Position numbers and translations under genes: made by a program. Shown piece by piece: positions 58,743 to 64,000 of a stretch of DNA of 64,000 nucleotides (position 1 is the stretch's first letter; each line of letters opens with the position of its first letter). A model generated the notes under the pieces. That model was not told the DNA's origin. It ran no database searches and was given only the letters and a program-made list of their open reading frames with translations. Source of the DNA: Balanoglossus misakiensis (taxonomy: Eukaryota > Animalia > Hemichordata); contig CM082577.2 of NCBI GenBank assembly GCA_040954595.2, positions 10,627,846 to 10,691,845 of the forward strand, read 5' to 3'.

Positions 58743-59558
58743 TTATGTTCTTGAGGAAGTCGGCGGCTGGGTTTTAGGTTTTGGCATCTTGGCTATGAGT
58801 TCGGAGACCTCCTTCTTTTCGTCAAAGTTCTTCCACAGGTCGTACAGCTTGAGGATCAGCTGGCTGATCTCCAGAATTTTGTCCAGATCCACGTTCAACT
58901 CGGCGAACCAGTGCTTACAGTCCTTCTGCAGGATGACGCAGGCCATGTGCAGGCAGGCGAAGGCGATCTGGTACGGCGGGTAGAGCAGGCACGCGTCCGT
59001 CCGCAGGCTGTCGTTGATGATGCGCCAGGCGAGAGGCAGCACCTGCTCCTCCTGCCGCATGTCTTGCACGTACTGTATCAGCGGTCGGTACGGGTGGTAG
59101 ACGATCATGCAACAGTCCAGCATCTCCAGGAGCAGGAATTCGCACTCCAGGACGTGGTTTATCCGATAGGGGAACTCCTGGTTCCCGAAAGCGTAGCCGA
59201 ACTTGTTCTTCACCACGGTCTGACACGCAGTGATCAGTCTGCTGTTGGATATGACGCCGAACTCCTCCACCTTCGACGCCAGGAAGATGCACGTCGGGGC
59301 CATCAGCAACGGGTCTATGTTCTTCAGTGAGCTCTTGGAAAAGAACCTTTTGAAGTACACCGTCGCCGTGGCAATGACTTGCTGGCGGACTTTCAGCTGC
59401 TCACCGAGGGCCTGTATCAGGTTGGCGAAAAAAATCATCAATTTTTGGTATTCCTCGTCCATCAGGTCTTTCAGATCTTTCTGCCGTTCCCGCATGATGT
59501 CCTGCTTGTCGAGAATCCACTGCTGATAGTGGGAGCTCCTCCAAAAATTGCCCGCCAT
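58743..59558 (-). CDS. CCNC: Cyclin C (Mediator CDK8 module), 271 aa, intronless
   Basis: Single ORF: MAGNFWRSSHYQQW, LRQQVIATA-like VRQQVIATATVYFKRF, CIFLASKVEEFG, ECEFLLLEMLDCC, YHPYRPL, KMPKPK. Confidence 0.98.
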   Translation of the reverse strand: MAGNFWRSSHYQQWILDKQDIMRERQKDLKDLMDEEYQKLMIFFANLIQALGEQLKVRQQVIATATVYFKRFFSKSSLKNIDPLLMAPTCIFLASKVEEFGVISNSRLITACQTVVKNKFGYAFGNQEFPYRINHVLECEFLLLEMLDCCMIVYHPYRPLIQYVQDMRQEEQVLPLAWRIINDSLRTDACLLYPPYQIAFACLHMACVILQKDCKHWFAELNVDLDKILEISQLILKLYDLWKNFDEKKEVSELIAKMPKPKTQPPTSSRT

Positions 59559-59879
59559 TGCAACTACAGCACCAATTAATGTTCAGCACACACAAGCACA
59601 CGAGACGTAGCTGGTCGTACCAATTTTCGGAAGCAATTTCCTTTGTAGGTAGGCAAACTTCCCTGATGATGGAGCCGCATATATAATAGCACAATACGTA
59701 CGTGTCGTCGTCGGTTGCCAACTCGCTGGAGTACACAATAAAACTCCCTACAACTGGGATGTGACTGATAAATAATCAGGTAAAACTTGCTGAAGGACGC
59801 CCCAATTATTCACGATATTGCTGTCGATGTCAAAACCCGGGTGTAAAATGAACAAAGGGACAAAATCTCGGGTTTCTGG

Positions 59880-59960
59880 GCGCTGTGTTATCACCGGTGA
59901 CGACACAGGAGAGGAAATGGCGGCTTTCTATAAGGTCATTGGGGTGAAAGGTCAGAGTTC
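59880..59960 (-). promoter_or_regulatory. CCNC promoter/TSS region
   Basis: YY1-type GCCGCCATTT at about 59915-59924 in a CpG-rich region. Confidence 0.55.
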
Positions 59961-62757
59961 AACTTAGATAGCTGTATCCATCCGGCGACGGAGCGGTTCG
60001 TGGTTTTGGAATCGGGAAAGGATTCCGAAGTGATCTATTTATTGTAGAGCACAGCTACTACACCTGTGACCTATACATCTAGGGAGCGTTTGCATATCAG
60101 AACCCATAATTTCATCACTACATCACATGTGTACGTACACATGTAGTCACTACATCGTACACGTGCGTTCATCCCCCCTCTACTGTCTATGGTTCATCAT
60201 TGTCTTATGCAGAGCTAACACAACATGATCTGTAATAGTACGATTAGGCAAATGAATAATATTAGTATATCATATAAGAATTTCTGTCCTTATCCGAGTC
60301 AACAGTACTGCACTGACCTTTAGATTCGCTCGACATTTGGAAATGGCGCCAATCGACCGCAGTTCAGAGATTCCCTCCTCGTTTATCAACGCCAGGCACG
60401 AAAGAGGGCGCCACATAACATGTAAAAGATACATTGAGCGCAAGAGCGTTAGTACGTTCGTTTTGTGAAAGCTATATTTGTATTTGAAAAACGTACACAT
60501 TTCTGATGGTTAAATCAAAGTTTGCATTAATTGACAAATTGCACATTCATATCGGCAAGTTACTTTGTATGTGATTGTAAGTTGTTGTTTTTTGCTGAAC
60601 GGAATGTTATGCCAATCGCCTATTTGTAAAAAAATGGAAGAAGAATGTGTCAGTAAAAATTGCATGGCTTATTGGCCTAAACGAGACGAAAGTTACGCCA
60701 AAAGTTGTACGACCGCGCGCGATGTTCCTGGAGTCCGTGAACATGTGAAAACCCAGGTGAACCAGTGGGGCGCTGTTCACATTGAACACGTGTCAGGGCC
60801 AAGGAGTGTACCTTCTCCTCGCGAAGTGACGTAAAAGAACTATTGTCGCACTGAGTCCAAGGTGGTTTACTTTGTATCTGAATTGCATTTCCTTTTGAAC
60901 AGACTATTGAAAACACTAAAAGAGAGTGCTGTGCGTATTACCATTCACTGTTTAATCGGAATTTGCCATTGGAACAAGTTCAAAGACAGGCGCGGAAGGT
61001 CAGAACAATATGGTATCGACAACACTTCTCTACGATTTTGCGCCTACGCACTCCACAACGCTAAAATTCATCAGTGATAAATCTCGAGTGTTGTATTTTT
61101 CTCCATAGAAATTCCTATATGTCTTTCTTACGAAATTGATATTGAAACCACCACTATAAATGCTTGAATTCTGTGCGTTTATAGTCCTGCGATTTGCTCA
61201 ATGTAGGGAAGTCTGAAATCATTTATACACATTTCACATCCACCACGACTGCTCTGGCTTTTGATGACAATGAAAATGATCGACTGAACACAAGAATTCA
61301 CCATTCCAGAAGACCAACTCATTTTATTGCATATAAAAGTGTTCACATAATGATAACCATTGGGGGGGGGGGGAACCCAGCAAAACGTTTCCAGCAGTGT
61401 TCCCTGAAAATCTTGAAGCGTTCCAAAAAAATCCATAGATTCTATGGGTTGCCTACTCTATATTTAGCTGATAATTGCCTCATTTGAAAGTGGTTTTCTA
61501 TCATGAAACTCTAAGTGAAAGATAGGTGAAGCTGACTTCGAAAACTGATAAAATGAATGCATGTTTTTATTTTACTACCGAAAGAAGAAGAATTTACAAA
61601 TGCTTTTCATTTTTTTTTCACGCACAGTTGATGCAGGACCATTCTTCCTGAGATGCAAAAAACTCACCAGTGCATTTAACTTTTATTGGTGTTCCACAAT
61701 AATATCTACAATCATTGTACATGTACGTACAACAGCAACCTCATGTACATAAACTACTGCTTTCTTTTCTGGCCAATAGATAAATTTCAACTTCAAGCTG
61801 AAAAAACCTGACAGCAAAAAATCAAACATTTCACCTAATACATTTTTCTGCCTATAAAATGTACAGATCACTCACGTTCTAATGATACCAGCTGCCAAGT
61901 CAAACCAAATTCAATGCACATGTTTATAAAATTGTAAATATCCCCAAATTAGTCCACAATTATGTGAATCTCACGTCAGTCACTTTGTTATTATGAAAAG
62001 TAATCAGCCCTGGTAATAACGACAGAATGTGTAGCATACCCGCACCGAAAAGGTGAATGAAATTTGCAAAAGCACTTGGGAACCAAAAAACCTGGTGCTT
62101 ATAATCCAAGGAAGATACCACATATATATTAAAGTCATATCCATACACCGCAGCTCTGGTGACTACTACAATGGCAATGCAATGTGTTGAGAGTTCATTT
62201 TGGTGGCCCACTGTAATCTGGAATTCGAATCGACCACGGTACAGGCAGAAAACTTTGATCAACGAAGAGAGACATATTCCCATGTGCGTTTACTTGTACG
62301 TACCACTATTGCTCATGTGCTGCAGTGGTCACCATGTGATGTTTTATCCCAGAGAAGGCCTACCAAATTATGGGTGTAATTGAAAACTATGTGTCACCAA
62401 TTTAGTTCTTTGGCACCTATATTGCACAAATGCTGGCCACAGGAATGAACACTGTGTTTTGAACTCAATTTTGCGAAACACGCAACTTGAATACATAAGA
62501 AAATATCTAAGTATTAAATACAAAAGAATAAAGAACAGGGCGGATGTACGGCATATCACTGGAGAAAATTAACACACTTCTAGATTATGTTGATTATGGG
62601 GATTCAAATCTTGCGCAGGTTAGCTTGAAATAAGTAATATCCTGACCACACGATGAATTAGTCTGCTGAAAATTTGAACATATTTCGGTATTTCAGTTGG
62701 GAAAAAAAATTAGGCACTCTTGATTCGAACAGTTGCGTGAAACTGGATGTTGGCATC

Positions 62758-63105
62758 TTAATCAGATTTTCCTGCTACATGAAGAATGTGATCGCAGAAT
62801 TGTCTCACTGCGCCCTGCCCTCCTCGATTGGTGGCTATGAATCTGGCCGCGTAGCGCACTTCAGTCTGGGCGTCGGACGGGGCCGCTCCCAGACCACCCT
62901 TCCTCATGGCCGTGATGTCAGTGGAATCGTTTCCTGAAATTTGGAATGAAAGAAGACATTTGGGATATAGTCAATCACGTTTCCAAGATTTACATACGTA
63001 CGTACGTACGTACGTACATACATACATACATACAGACATACATACATACATACATACATACATACATACATACATACATACATACATACAGACAGACATA
63101 CATAC

Positions 63106-63136
<31 letters not shown>

Positions 63137-64000
63137 CATACAGACATACATACATACATACAGACATACATACTTACATACATACATACAGACAGACAGA
63201 CAGACATACATACATACATACATACATACATACATACATACATACATACATACAGACAGACAGACAGACAGATACGGACACTCTTGGTTTCACAGTGAAA
63301 GGATTACGAGAAGAACACAAGAAGCCCTTACCCATATAGGTCACTTGTGGCCAGTGCAACTCAAGTTCTTCGACCCATCTGCTCACAACAGCACACTTGT
63401 CCTTGGCACCAGTCTCAAGGATGCAGCCTGTCTTGTCGGCTATCACCTTAAGTGCCGTACCGGTATCTTCACAAATGAGACGGACTTCGATACCGGCTTT
63501 CTTCAATAGTTTGAGACCTTCCAGATCACTGCAGTTGTACGAACGGAATTCTTCTCCTGGAGCGCAAAAAATGTCAAAGAAAGAGAAAGGTAACCAAAAC
63601 TATCTTATGTTGATCTAATCAGCATGAAATACATTTTGCTGTGCGTAAATTGGTAAGGCAGGTTTTGAGTTCAATAACCAATAAAAATATTTATTTTAAG
63701 TACAATCTGGGATTGGTTAAATGTCCCATGTCTATCATGTACTTTTTCGGAGGAGCCAGTTTCTAATTTATCACAGACAGAGAAAATTTGTGCTGACACT
63801 GGAATGAGCAATATGTGGAGCAGGGCTAGTTAATTCTTTTTGAAACCTACGATACACACAACATCAAAAGAAACAGACAAGCACAACTATTCTACCTTAC
63901 CCATATACAATAGTAATACTGAACATTTTCTCTTACCTTTGTCAGTGATATGTACTTGGTTATCTGTCAGCACACCATCAACGTCAAAAACAGCCAATTT
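62758..64000 (-). CDS. CMAS: 3' end of N-acylneuraminate cytidylyltransferase (CMP-sialic acid synthetase), C-terminal HAD/KdsC-like domain
   Basis: Exons 64000-63937 (KLAVFDVDGVLTDNQVHITDKG, partial), 63556-63332 (EEFRSYNCSDLEGLKLLKKAGIEVRLIC...WPQVTYMG), 62933-62758 (NDSTD...AAPSDA...RGGQGAVRQFCDHI...*). Resembles the vertebrate CMAS C-terminus. The transferase domain is outside the window, so a standalone KdsC-like gene is not excluded. Confidence 0.82.
62991..63273. repeat. (TACA/GACA)n tetranucleotide microsatellite in a CMAS intron
   Basis: Read directly; source of the spurious YIHT/MYVC ORFs. Confidence 0.97.

Noticed and set aside
58789-59736. Several overlapping ORFs of 64-139 aa on both strands
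   Set aside because: Shadow frames of the GC-rich CCNC coding sequence.
62904-63509. ORFs rich in YIHT/MYVC repeats (up to 187 aa)
   Set aside because: Translations of the TACA microsatellite inside a CMAS intron.

Overview
Eukaryotic, AT-rich (roughly 37% GC by eye), intron-containing animal DNA. Gene content and repeat style suggest an invertebrate deuterostome such as a hemichordate (inference). Every gene I could reconstruct by hand lies on the minus strand, head-to-tail, in transcription order from the right end: 3' part of CMAS (HAD/KdsC-like C-terminal domain), an intronless cyclin C (CCNC), POLG2 (11 coding exons), UBE2I/UBC9 (7 coding exons including a 20-nt microexon), KDELR (4 exons), RINT1 (13 coding exons including a U12-type intron), then the 5' end of a large unidentified gene with at least three phase-compatible alternative N-termini that runs off the left edge. 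Introns and intergenic DNA carry many short non-autonomous DNA transposons (Kolobok-, piggyBac-, Tc1/pogo-, AcademH- and Merlin-like) and two microsatellites. The most intriguing observation: RINT1 and POLG2 each begin with an unpartnered 3' splice acceptor just downstream of the previous gene's poly(A) signal and show no obvious promoter of their own, whereas KDELR, UBE2I and CCNC have CpG-rich YY1-type promoters. This suggests two-gene units sharing one promoter (KDELR-RINT1 and CCNC-POLG2), and KDELR donors are in frame with the RINT1 acceptor, so a membrane-anchored KDELR-RINT1 fusion is possible. All of this needs transcript evidence.
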